A stretch of 63,973 bases of DNA, the filler included, from an uncultured bacterium (GTDB lineage Bacteria; DAOPZR01): the NCBI GenBank assembly GCA_964637655.1. It is 4 parts of 4 records of this genome, joined end to end, with 100 filler letters (N's around TTAATTAATTAA, not from the genome) between each part and the next. Parts side by side here need not be neighbours in the genome. Positions count along the whole stretch, not along the records: positions 16,863 to 33,528 come from CAZWUZ010000043.1; 3 more parts are not named here. One strand, given 5' to 3'. Below, in pieces: positions 18,558-26,598 of the stretch. Below the pieces are notes generated by a model that saw only the letters and a list, made by a program, of their open reading frames with translations, was not told where the DNA came from and did not search any database. Positions within the stretch are counted from its first letter, which is position 1, and every line of letters begins with the position of its first letter. Both the position numbers and the translations under genes were made by a program.

Positions 18558-19675
18558 CAGGGTTTGTTCCCCGCCGCCGCGGTGCTGTTCTGCTCCTCGC
18601 GGTTGGCGCTGGCGCGTTCGAGCAGCACGATGACCGCAAAGAGCATCAGCGTATGCAGCAGCACGAGCAGCGCATCCTTCGCCTCGAGTTTCGGCAGCAG
18701 CGTCGCCGGCAGCCCGACCGCAAAGGTGACCAGGTAGATGGTCAGCACCGCCTGCCTGACCGTCATGCCGAGGTTGACCAGGCGGTGCGAGAAATGGCGC
18801 TTGTCCGCGGTGAAGATCGAGATGCCGAGCTGCCAGCGCATCACCATCACCGAGAGCGTGTCGAAAATCGGCACGGCAAGGATGAGCAGCGGAATGATCA
18901 CCGGCAGGTGGGTCAGCCGGCTCGCCGAGAGGTAGTTGCCGAGCATGGCCAGCGCGGCGAGCACGAAACCGAGCACCAGCGAGCCCGCATCACCCATGAA
19001 CACCCGCGCCGGGGTGAAATTGTAACGCAGGAAGGCGAAGGCGGAACCGCTGAGGATGAGCGCCAGCACGGCCAGCAGCGACTGGCCCTGGTCGGCAAAG
19101 GTGATGGCGAAGAGCAGGGCGGCGATGGCGGCAACTCCCGCGGAGAGACCGTCCATGTTGTCGAGCAGGTTGAAGGCGTTGGTGATGGCCACCACCCAGA
19201 GCACGGTCATGGCGTAGGAAATCAGCGGTACCCCGATAAACAGCACCACCTTCGTCCCGGTGAGAAAGAGCACGGAGGCGGCGATGATCTGGCAGGCAAA
19301 CTTGCCGCGCACGGAGAGCCCGTAGCGGTCATCGTAGAGGCCGGCAAAAAACATCAGCGCCGCCCCCGCCAGCAGCCCGAGCACCTGCAGCTGCATCGCC
19401 TGCGCCTCCAGCAGCACGTCGAGCGCCTGCGCGTGCAGCCCGAACACCTGCTGCAGCAGCGGCAGCGCCGGCGGCAGGCCGTAGAGCACCGCCGCCGTCA
19501 GCACGGTGAACGTGCCCCAGACCGCCAGCCCGCCGAGCAGCGGCTTCACCACGCGATGCATCTTGCGCGCGTTGGGGCGGTCGATAAGGCGCAGGCGGAT
19601 GGCCAGCCGGATGCACCACGGCAGCACCAGCAGCGTCAGCAGCGCCGCGACCGACCAGGCCAGCAGGAACGGCAT
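18557..19675 (-). CDS. MraY-family undecaprenyl-phosphate GlcNAc-1-phosphate transferase (WecA/TagO-like)
   Basis: RKMH..P.LGG, GLYDD, NAFNLLDNMDGL, FMGDAGS, DKRHFSHRL. Confidence 0.88.
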   Translation of the reverse strand: MPFLLAWSVAALLTLLVLPWCIRLAIRLRLIDRPNARKMHRVVKPLLGGLAVWGTFTVLTAAVLYGLPPALPLLQQVFGLHAQALDVLLEAQAMQLQVLGLLAGAALMFFAGLYDDRYGLSVRGKFACQIIAASVLFLTGTKVVLFIGVPLISYAMTVLWVVAITNAFNLLDNMDGLSAGVAAIAALLFAITFADQGQSLLAVLALILSGSAFAFLRYNFTPARVFMGDAGSLVLGFVLAALAMLGNYLSASRLTHLPVIIPLLILAVPIFDTLSVMVMRWQLGISIFTADKRHFSHRLVNLGMTVRQAVLTIYLVTFAVGLPATLLPKLEAKDALLVLLHTLMLFAVIVLLERASANREEQNSTAAAGNKP

Positions 19676-19676
19676 G

Positions 19677-20972
19677 TCAGATCAGCACGATCTTCGCGCG
19701 CCCACGCCTGACATTTTTCGTCGCGTTGCGCGTGTCGACCACCAGTTTCGCCTGCGCCACCACCTGCGCGTAGTCGTAGTCCGTGTGATCGGTGGCGATG
19801 ACCACGAGGTCCTGCCCGCGCAGCAGCGCCGGGGTCAGGCGCCGCGACTTCAGGCCCGCCGCCGCCGGCACGTACGGGTCGTTGTAGGTCACCTTCGCCC
19901 CGCGCTGCCGCAGCAGGTGGATGATTTCCAGCGCCGGCGATTCGCGCTGGTCGTCGATGTTGCGCTTGTAGGCGACCCCGAGCACCAGCACCCGGCTGCC
20001 GTTGACGCTGCGCCGGCGCGCGTTGAGCGCGGTCGCCACCTTGGCCACCACGTACTCGGGCATCTTGCTGTTGATCTCGCCCGCCAGTTCGATGAAACGC
20101 GCGTTGAAATCGAGCGTCTTGGCCTTCCACGACAGGTAGAACGGGTCGATGGGGATGCAGTGACCGCCGAGGCCCGGGCCCGGGTAGAAGGGCATGAAGC
20201 CGAACGGCTTGGTCGCCGCCGCGTCGATGACTTCCCAGACATTGATGCCGAAACGGTCGCAGAGCTGCGTCATCTCGTTGGCCATGCCGATGTTGATGCT
20301 GCGGAAGGTATTCTCCAGCAGCTTGACCATCTCCGCCGCCGCCGGCGACGAGACCGGAATGACCGTCTCCACCGCGAGGCGGTAGAGGGCACCCGCGGCC
20401 GCGCTGCACGCCGGGGTCAGGCCGCCCACCACCTTGGGGGTGTTGCGCGTGTTGAATTTCGGGTTGCCCGGATCGACCCGCTCGGGGGAGAAGGCAAGGT
20501 GGAAATCCTTCCCCGCCTTGAGTCCCGTCTGTTCCTCGAGAATGGCCTGTACGATTTCCTCGGTCGTCCCCGGGTAGGTGGTCGATTCGAGGATGATCAG
20601 CTGCCCGCGCCGCAGGTGCTTCGCGATCGCCTGCACGGCGCTGACGATGTAGGAGACGTCAGGGTCCTTGGTCTTGCGCAGCGGCGTGGGCACGCAGATG
20701 TTGACCGTGTCGAGCGTGCGGATAACGGCGAAATCCGTCGTCGCGCGCAGTTTCTTTTTCGCCACCAGGGCGCGCACCGTCGCCGTCGGCACGTCCTGGA
20801 TGTACGACACGCCGCGATTGACACTCGCCACCTTGCGCGCGTCGACGTCGATGCCGACCACCAGCGCCGCGCCCCCCTCCGCCAGTTCGACCGCCAGCGG
20901 CAGGCCGACATACCCCAGCCCGATAACCCCGCATTTTGCCCTACCCTGCCTGATTTTGTCCGTCAGTTTCAT
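19677..20972 (-). CDS. UDP-N-acetyl-hexosamine 6-dehydrogenase (WbpA/WecC family)
   Basis: GLGYVGLP, CVPTP, ESTTYPGTT, SPERVDPG, GPGLGGHCIP, DQRESP. Confidence 0.92.
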   Translation of the reverse strand: MKLTDKIRQGRAKCGVIGLGYVGLPLAVELAEGGAALVVGIDVDARKVASVNRGVSYIQDVPTATVRALVAKKKLRATTDFAVIRTLDTVNICVPTPLRKTKDPDVSYIVSAVQAIAKHLRRGQLIILESTTYPGTTEEIVQAILEEQTGLKAGKDFHLAFSPERVDPGNPKFNTRNTPKVVGGLTPACSAAAGALYRLAVETVIPVSSPAAAEMVKLLENTFRSINIGMANEMTQLCDRFGINVWEVIDAAATKPFGFMPFYPGPGLGGHCIPIDPFYLSWKAKTLDFNARFIELAGEINSKMPEYVVAKVATALNARRRSVNGSRVLVLGVAYKRNIDDQRESPALEIIHLLRQRGAKVTYNDPYVPAAAGLKSRRLTPALLRGQDLVVIATDHTDYDYAQVVAQAKLVVDTRNATKNVRRGRAKIVLI

Positions 20973-21454
20973 AGCCGTCCTCTCGGTTGCAGGGTGACGA
21001 CCGTCACCCCGGAATCACCTTCACCGTACCAGCCGTGGCGAAACGCCGCGACCAGCGGATGCCCGTCCAGCAACGCGTGCAGCGCCTGCCGCAGCGCGCC
21101 GCCCCCCTTGCCGTGCACCAGCCGCACCAGCGGCACTCCGGCGCAGAAGGCGCGGTTGAGAAACCGGTCAGCCGCTGCCGCCGCTTCGTCCCCCGTCAAC
21201 CCGTGCAGGTCAAGCTGTGTCGCCGCCGCCGGGGTTGCGTGCACCTGCACCGCCGCCACGACGCCGGCCGCCGCCGGCCCCAGCATCAGCAGGTCGGCGA
21301 CTGCGCACTGCACGCGCAGTTCGCCGCTGAGTACCGTGCAGATACCGTCTGACGCCGGGGCCGCCGCGAGCACACCGTCGAGCCCGAGCGGGGCGACACG
21401 CACGCGCGTGCCAGCGGTCAGGGCCGGAATTCCGGCGGACTGGTTATCTGCCAC
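20969..21454 (-). CDS. Stand-alone Smr domain protein (MutS2 C-terminus-like)
   Basis: LDLHG, VHGKGGGAL, GEGDSGVT preceded by a KOW-like beta region. Confidence 0.8.
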   Translation of the reverse strand: MADNQSAGIPALTAGTRVRVAPLGLDGVLAAAPASDGICTVLSGELRVQCAVADLLMLGPAAAGVVAAVQVHATPAAATQLDLHGLTGDEAAAAADRFLNRAFCAGVPLVRLVHGKGGGALRQALHALLDGHPLVAAFRHGWYGEGDSGVTVVTLQPRGRL

Positions 21455-21828
21455 TGGCCGTCAACCCTGCGCGCAACCGTCACTGTCCCGGGCCGGCGGG
21501 CCACAACGCTGTCACCCGCCAGCAGCTGCCAGGTGGCCGGCCGCGCCCAGGTGTCCGCACCGTCCTGCCGGTCATCGCTGCCGTCGTACTGCACCTGCAC
21601 CGTCGCCGTGACAAACAGTTCGTCATAAAAAGCGCCGGTCGGCAACCCGCGGTCGGGCGCCTGCAGGGCCACCAGTGCGGTCACATCGCGCTGCTGCCAC
21701 GCGGCAGCATAGGCGGCATACGTCGCCTTCGCTGCCGCCGGCAGCGTGCCGTCCGCCGGCGCGCCGCAGGAACACCCTGACGCCAGCAGCAGCACCAGAC
21801 ACCACGCCCGCAGACAGAACCCGTCCAT
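21418..21828 (-). CDS. Hypothetical exported protein, possibly NTF2-like lipoprotein
   Basis: Signal-like LVLLLASGC, YAAAWQQRDVTAL, C-terminal DGQWQI; start uncertain (21828 or 21846). Confidence 0.5.
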   Translation of the reverse strand: MDGFCLRAWCLVLLLASGCSCGAPADGTLPAAAKATYAAYAAAWQQRDVTALVALQAPDRGLPTGAFYDELFVTATVQVQYDGSDDRQDGADTWARPATWQLLAGDSVVARRPGTVTVARRVDGQWQITSPPEFRP

Positions 21829-21888
21829 AATATTGGATGGTAGCATACCGTCAGGCGGGTTAGCAACCGGCCAGGAACAGGAAAAACG

Positions 21889-22578
21889 TCAGGGGCGGAG
21901 GAGATTGCAGGCCCGGCAGGCGGCCCGGGCCGCCGCCTGTTCCGCCGCGCGCTTGCTGCGTCCCTCGCCCTCACCCAGCACCGTCCCGCCAAGCAGCACC
22001 GTGACCCGGTAGATGCCGTCCGCCGGCGCCCCCGGTTCCGCGTAGCGGTAGTGCGGCAGCATGCCGTGTTCCTGCTGCGCGTAGTTGTTGAGCAGTGACT
22101 TGGCGTCGGCGGTCAGGCCGCCCGCCAGCGCGCGGTCGATGGCCGGCGCGAGGCGGGCACCGACAAACTCCCGCGCGCGGTCGAGGCCGCCATCAAGGCA
22201 GAGCGCCCCGACCACTGCCTCGAACGCGTCCGCGAGCAGCGAATCGAGCTGCGCCCCGGCATGTTCACTCAATCCGCGTCCGAGGCGCAGGTACTCACCC
22301 AGGCCACAGTCGCGTGCCGCCGTTGCCAGCGACACTTCGCTGACGATGCGCGCCCGCAGCCGCGCGAGATTGCCGACCGGGTCGTCCGGCAGGCGGCGAT
22401 AGAGTTCCTCCGCGACGGTGAAACCGATGACGGCATCGCCGAGAAATTCCAGCCGTTCGTTATCGGTGGTGGGGTGATTGGCTTCGTGGGCGTAGGAGCG
22501 ATGGGTGAGCGCGACGGCGAGCAGCGCCGGGTCGCGCCACGGTCCGGTCACCGGCAGCAGCTGTTCGAGCGGCTTCAT
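21889..22578 (-). CDS. rnc: Ribonuclease III
   Basis: ALTHRS, NERLEFLGDAV, ADAFEA, dsRBD with G.GRSKRAAEQAAA. Confidence 0.95.
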   Translation of the reverse strand: MKPLEQLLPVTGPWRDPALLAVALTHRSYAHEANHPTTDNERLEFLGDAVIGFTVAEELYRRLPDDPVGNLARLRARIVSEVSLATAARDCGLGEYLRLGRGLSEHAGAQLDSLLADAFEAVVGALCLDGGLDRAREFVGARLAPAIDRALAGGLTADAKSLLNNYAQQEHGMLPHYRYAEPGAPADGIYRVTVLLGGTVLGEGEGRSKRAAEQAAARAACRACNLLRP

Positions 22579-22653
22579 GCACATGCCCCCTGCCGGAGCG
22601 ACAGACCGCACACCGGACACGAGCGTCCCGGTTCCATGGCTGCGCTCCCCGCG

Positions 22654-22695
22654 GCAGACCACACGGGTGCGGCGGTCGCCGCACCCGTCGTCTGC
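22654..22695 (-). promoter_or_regulatory. Long hairpin in the acpP-rnc intergenic region
   Basis: Perfect 12-bp inverted repeat ACGGGTGCGGCG / CGCCGCACCCGT (22663-22688) extended by GCAGAC/GTCTGC; no U-tract. Confidence 0.55.
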
Positions 22696-22708
22696 GGATA
22701 CGTCCGGG

Positions 22709-22939
22709 TTACTTCTTGCTGTCGATGTAGCTGACCGCGTCCTGCACGGTCTTGATCTTGCCCGCGTCCTCGTCCGGAATCTCGATGCCGAACGCCTCTT
22801 CGAGTTCCATCACCAGGTCCGCCTGGTCGAGCGAGTCCGCCCCCAGGTCGACCGCGAACGACGCGTTCGCCGTCACCTTCGCCGCATCGGCATCCAGCAC
22901 CTTGACCACAATTTCCTTGACCTTGTCTTCCGTGCTCAT
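22709..22939 (-). CDS. acpP: Acyl carrier protein
   Basis: DLGADSLD phosphopantetheine site, [15 protein letters not shown]. Confidence 0.96.
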   Translation of the reverse strand: MSTEDKVKEIVVKVLDADAAKVTANASFAVDLGADSLDQADLVMELEEAFGIEIPDEDAGKIKTVQDAVSYIDSKK

Positions 22940-22991
22940 TTGACCTTCGCCTCCCGTCGTTTTGGGTCCGCGCCAGGCGCGGGCACGGATC

Positions 22992-23729
22992 TTACATTGC
23001 CATGCCGCCGTTGACCCCGAGCACCTGCCCGGTAATATAGCCGGCCGCGGGCGAGGCGAGAAACGCCACGCTCGCTGCCACTTCCTGCACCGTTCCCATC
23101 CGCCCGAGCGGAATGCCCTTGAGCAGCGCCGCGCGTTCCGCTTCGGGGATGGCCTGCGTCATCGCCGTGTCGATGAACCCCGGTGCCACCGCGTTGACCG
23201 TCACGCCGCGCGACGCGCTCTCGCGCGCCAGCGTTTTGGTCATGCCGATAACGCCCGCTTTCGCCGCGCTGTAGTTGACCTGCCCGGCGTTGCCGATCAC
23301 CCCGACGATCGAGGCGATGTTGATGATGCGCCCCGCGCGCTGCCGCAGCATGGTTTTGAGCGCCGCGCGCGCGCAGAAAAAGGTGCCTGACAAATTGATC
23401 TGCAGCACCGCGTTCCAGTCCTCATCCTTCATGCGCATGGCCAGCCCGTCGCGGGTGATCCCCGCGTTGTTGACGAGGATGTCGATGCGGCCCCAGGCCT
23501 TCACCACCTCATCCACCAGCCGGTCGCAGTCCGCCGCCTGCGCAACGTTCCCCGTCAGCGCCAGCACCGTGCCGCGGGCCGCCAGTTCCTGCGCCGCCGC
23601 CTGCGCCTTCTCCGCGTTGATGTCAGCGATGGCAACTTTGGCGCCGCGCGCCAGCAGTTCCTCCGCGATGGCGCGCCCGATGCCCTGCGCCGCCCCCGTC
23701 ACCAGGGCCGCCTGATTCTGCAGTTCCAT
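22992..23729 (-). CDS. fabG: 3-oxoacyl-ACP reductase
   Basis: [32 protein letters not shown]; fatty-acid cluster context. Confidence 0.95.
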   Translation of the reverse strand: MELQNQAALVTGAAQGIGRAIAEELLARGAKVAIADINAEKAQAAAQELAARGTVLALTGNVAQAADCDRLVDEVVKAWGRIDILVNNAGITRDGLAMRMKDEDWNAVLQINLSGTFFCARAALKTMLRQRAGRIINIASIVGVIGNAGQVNYSAAKAGVIGMTKTLARESASRGVTVNAVAPGFIDTAMTQAIPEAERAALLKGIPLGRMGTVQEVAASVAFLASPAAGYITGQVLGVNGGMAM

Positions 23730-24766
23730 TACGCTGTGACCTCCTCCGCGTTCTCGACAAAAATGCCGCGCGCGATGCTTTCCGCCATCTGCTGCTCGAT
23801 GCGCGCGGGAACCGCGTGCGCGGCAAACTCACGCGCCGCGCGCAACGCGCTGGTCATCGCCCGGGCATCCGACTTGCCGTGGCAGATGAGGCAGCCGCCT
23901 TTGACCCCCAGCAGCGGCGCCCCGCCATACTCCGCGTAGTCCATCCGCCGGCGCAGGCCCATGAACACCGGCTTGAGCAGCAGCGCCCCGAGTTTCGCGC
24001 GCCAGCTGGTGCTGACCGCCGCGCGGATGGTGCCGAAAATGCCCAGGGCCACGCTCTCCCCGAACTTCAGCGCCACGTTGCCGACAAACCCGTCGCAGAC
24101 GATAACGTCCGTGCTCCCGTCGATGATGTTGTTTCCCTCGACGTTGCCGGCAAACCGCAGCGGCATTTTATCGAGCAACGCGTACGCCGCCTTCGTCTGC
24201 TCGTTGCCTTTCGCCGCCTCGGTGCCGACGCTGAGCAGTCCGACCCGCGGTTCCCTCGTGCCCAGCACCTGCTCCATGTAAACTACCGCCATCAGCGCGA
24301 ACTGCGCGAGATGTTTCGGCTTGCAGTCGACGTTGGCCCCGGCATCCGCGAGCACGGCCACGCCCCCCGGCAGCTTGGGCATGTGCGAGGCGATGACCGG
24401 CCGGTTGATCCCGGGAATAAGCCCGAGAATCGTCTTGGCCGCCGCCATCACCGCGCCCGTATTCCCCGCGGAAACGAAGCCGTCCGCCTCCCCGTTGCGC
24501 ACGCAGCGCAGCCCGATGGCGATGGACGATTTCCGCTTCTGCCGCAACGCCGTCACCGGCGATTCGTCCATGCCGATGACCTCGGGCGCATCGACAACAG
24601 TTATCCGCCCGTCACCACGTCCCGCCAGCGCCGCGGCCAGTTCCGCCTGCGGTCCGACCAGCAGCACCCGGCTGTCGGGAAACGACGCGGCAAACGCCAG
24701 CGCCGCGTCGAGATTGGGCGGCAGTCCGTAGTCGCCGCCCAGCGCATCCAGGGCGATGACCGCCAT
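23729..24766 (-). CDS. plsX: Phosphate acyltransferase
   Basis: IALDALGGD, SAGNTGA, DAGANVD, DGFVGN, YGGAPLLG. Confidence 0.95.
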   Translation of the reverse strand: MAVIALDALGGDYGLPPNLDAALAFAASFPDSRVLLVGPQAELAAALAGRGDGRITVVDAPEVIGMDESPVTALRQKRKSSIAIGLRCVRNGEADGFVSAGNTGAVMAAAKTILGLIPGINRPVIASHMPKLPGGVAVLADAGANVDCKPKHLAQFALMAVVYMEQVLGTREPRVGLLSVGTEAAKGNEQTKAAYALLDKMPLRFAGNVEGNNIIDGSTDVIVCDGFVGNVALKFGESVALGIFGTIRAAVSTSWRAKLGALLLKPVFMGLRRRMDYAEYGGAPLLGVKGGCLICHGKSDARAMTSALRAAREFAAHAVPARIEQQMAESIARGIFVENAEEVTA

Positions 24767-24797
24767 TATGCCACCCGCTCCCTGTTGCTGCCGGACA

Positions 24798-24974
24798 TCA
24801 GTCGACGCTGATGACCTGCCGTCCCTTGTACCAGCCGCAGGCGCTGCACACGGCATGGGAAGGCTTCATCTGATGGCAGTTGCTGCATTCGACCAGACTC
24901 GGCGCCGTCGCCTTCTGCTGCGCCCGCACATTGCGGATACGCCGCTTGGCATGTTTGCGCTTTGGATTTGGCAT
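24798..24974 (-). CDS. rpmF: 50S ribosomal protein L32
   Basis: MPNPKRKH, CSNC...CSACGWYKG; upstream of plsX. Confidence 0.95.
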   Translation of the reverse strand: MPNPKRKHAKRRIRNVRAQQKATAPSLVECSNCHQMKPSHAVCSACGWYKGRQVISVD

Positions 24975-25059
24975 CGTCTCTCTCCTTGTGCACCCGACAC
25001 TCCGCCACACACCGCAGGCGGCCCGGCAATATAATCATAGGTCATGGGTATCTGTCAAC

Positions 25060-26364
25060 TTACTGCTGCGGCTGGATATACCCCCAGTCGACCAGCCGGT
25101 TGTAGGCGTAGCGCGCTTTTTCACCTTCCGCAACACTTTGCAGGTAGGCGTAGTACTTCTCCGCCGCCGTCCGCTGCTGACCCAGTTCCTCGTAGTCGCG
25201 CCCCATGTACCACTGCAGGTCGGGATACCCCTCGACGGTCTTGTCCGCTTCCTGCAGCACGCTCAGTGATGCCTGCCAGCGCCGCTGCTTGCACAGCAGC
25301 ACCCCCTCGAAATAGCGGGTATAGAACAGGTCGGGATAGAGGCGCTTGGCACGCGCGATGTCGTTTTCCGCGTCCGCCAGCTGCCCGAGTTCCAGTTCCG
25401 CCTCCGCCCGCCCCAGCCAGATGATCGCCTGGTCGGGCGCCAGCTGCAGCGCCTCCGTGTAGCGCGGAATGGCCAGCGCGAACTGCCCCTTCTGGGAATA
25501 GGCATTGCCCTGGTCGAAGAAAACGAAGGCGGGGGCCGCCGCGCGCAGTTTCGCCGTGATCCGCCGGAACCCCTCCGCGTCCACCGCGAGGTTCGCGTTC
25601 TGCGCCCGCGCATCACGCACCAGCCACTGCTCCGCGTTGCCGATACGCTCCTGCGTCAGCGGGTGGGTCATGAACAGTTTTTCCACGCGGTCCGGTTCAC
25701 GTTCCTGCAAGGTGAGCAGCAACTTGAGCACCCCGATATATTCGCGCGGCTGGTAGCCCGACGCCGTGGCATAGCCGAGGCCGAGCGCGTCCGCCTGCCG
25801 CTCCTGATCGCGGCTGTACGCCGCCAGCGACATGCCCGCCACCAGCTGGCTCGCCGCGCTGGCGAACTGCGCGCCGCGCACTCCGCGCGCCGCCATGTAG
25901 ACCTGCCCCGCCGTCACCAGCAGGCCGGTCAGCACGTTGCGGCTGTGCGCGCTGACATGGTGCCGCGCGTTGACATGCGCCAGTTCGTGCCCGAGCACCC
26001 CCGCCAGCTGCGCCGAATTTTCCATCTTCGTCAGCAGTCCGCGGGTGATGGTGATCTTGCCGCCGGGGAGCGCGAAGGCGTTGATATCGGAATGGTTGAC
26101 GACGTTGAACTCGTAGCGCAGGTTCTGCCGCTGCGTCACTGCGCCAACCCGCTTGCCCGTCTCCGTCACATACGCCTGCAGCGCGTCGTCCTGAAAGATG
26201 CCGAAGTAGGCATTGGTGTACTGCGGGTAGACCTTTTCTCCCGTGCTGATTTCGTCCTGTTCGCTCATCAGCGCGAGCTGCGATTCGCCCGTGACAGGAT
26301 TTTTCGCGCACCCCGCCAGCGCCAGCAGTGCGATGCAGCCGAAAACCATCAGTATGCGTGTCAT
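25060..26364 (-). CDS. M48 family metalloprotease with TPR repeats (BepA/YfgC-like lipoprotein)
   Basis: Lipobox LAGC, NPVTG, NAFALPGG, HELAH, YSRDQERQAD, THP, TPR C-terminus. Confidence 0.9.
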   Translation of the reverse strand: MTRILMVFGCIALLALAGCAKNPVTGESQLALMSEQDEISTGEKVYPQYTNAYFGIFQDDALQAYVTETGKRVGAVTQRQNLRYEFNVVNHSDINAFALPGGKITITRGLLTKMENSAQLAGVLGHELAHVNARHHVSAHSRNVLTGLLVTAGQVYMAARGVRGAQFASAASQLVAGMSLAAYSRDQERQADALGLGYATASGYQPREYIGVLKLLLTLQEREPDRVEKLFMTHPLTQERIGNAEQWLVRDARAQNANLAVDAEGFRRITAKLRAAAPAFVFFDQGNAYSQKGQFALAIPRYTEALQLAPDQAIIWLGRAEAELELGQLADAENDIARAKRLYPDLFYTRYFEGVLLCKQRRWQASLSVLQEADKTVEGYPDLQWYMGRDYEELGQQRTAAEKYYAYLQSVAEGEKARYAYNRLVDWGYIQPQQ

Positions 26365-26418
26365 GTTCCTTCTCCTTTGCCATCCCTGTGACATTCTACG
26401 CCCGCAGGCGGTTGCGCG

Positions 26419-26598
26419 TCAATTGTCGCGCAGCAGCCACCAGCCCCCGAGCAACAACAGGTCGACCCCGCCGAACAGCACGATCTGGCGCGTCAGTTCC
26501 GGCCAAAACCACCAGGCCAGCACCAGTCCCAGCAGGGCAAGGTTGCACACACCCACCAGCACATACAGCACAATTCTGGCGGCGCGCTTCTGCTCCAT
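26419..26598 (-). CDS. Small two-TM hypothetical protein
   Basis: ATG overlaps the recG stop (TGATG); 59 aa with two hydrophobic stretches. Confidence 0.55.
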   Translation of the reverse strand: MEQKRAARIVLYVLVGVCNLALLGLVLAWWFWPELTRQIVLFGGVDLLLLGGWWLLRDN

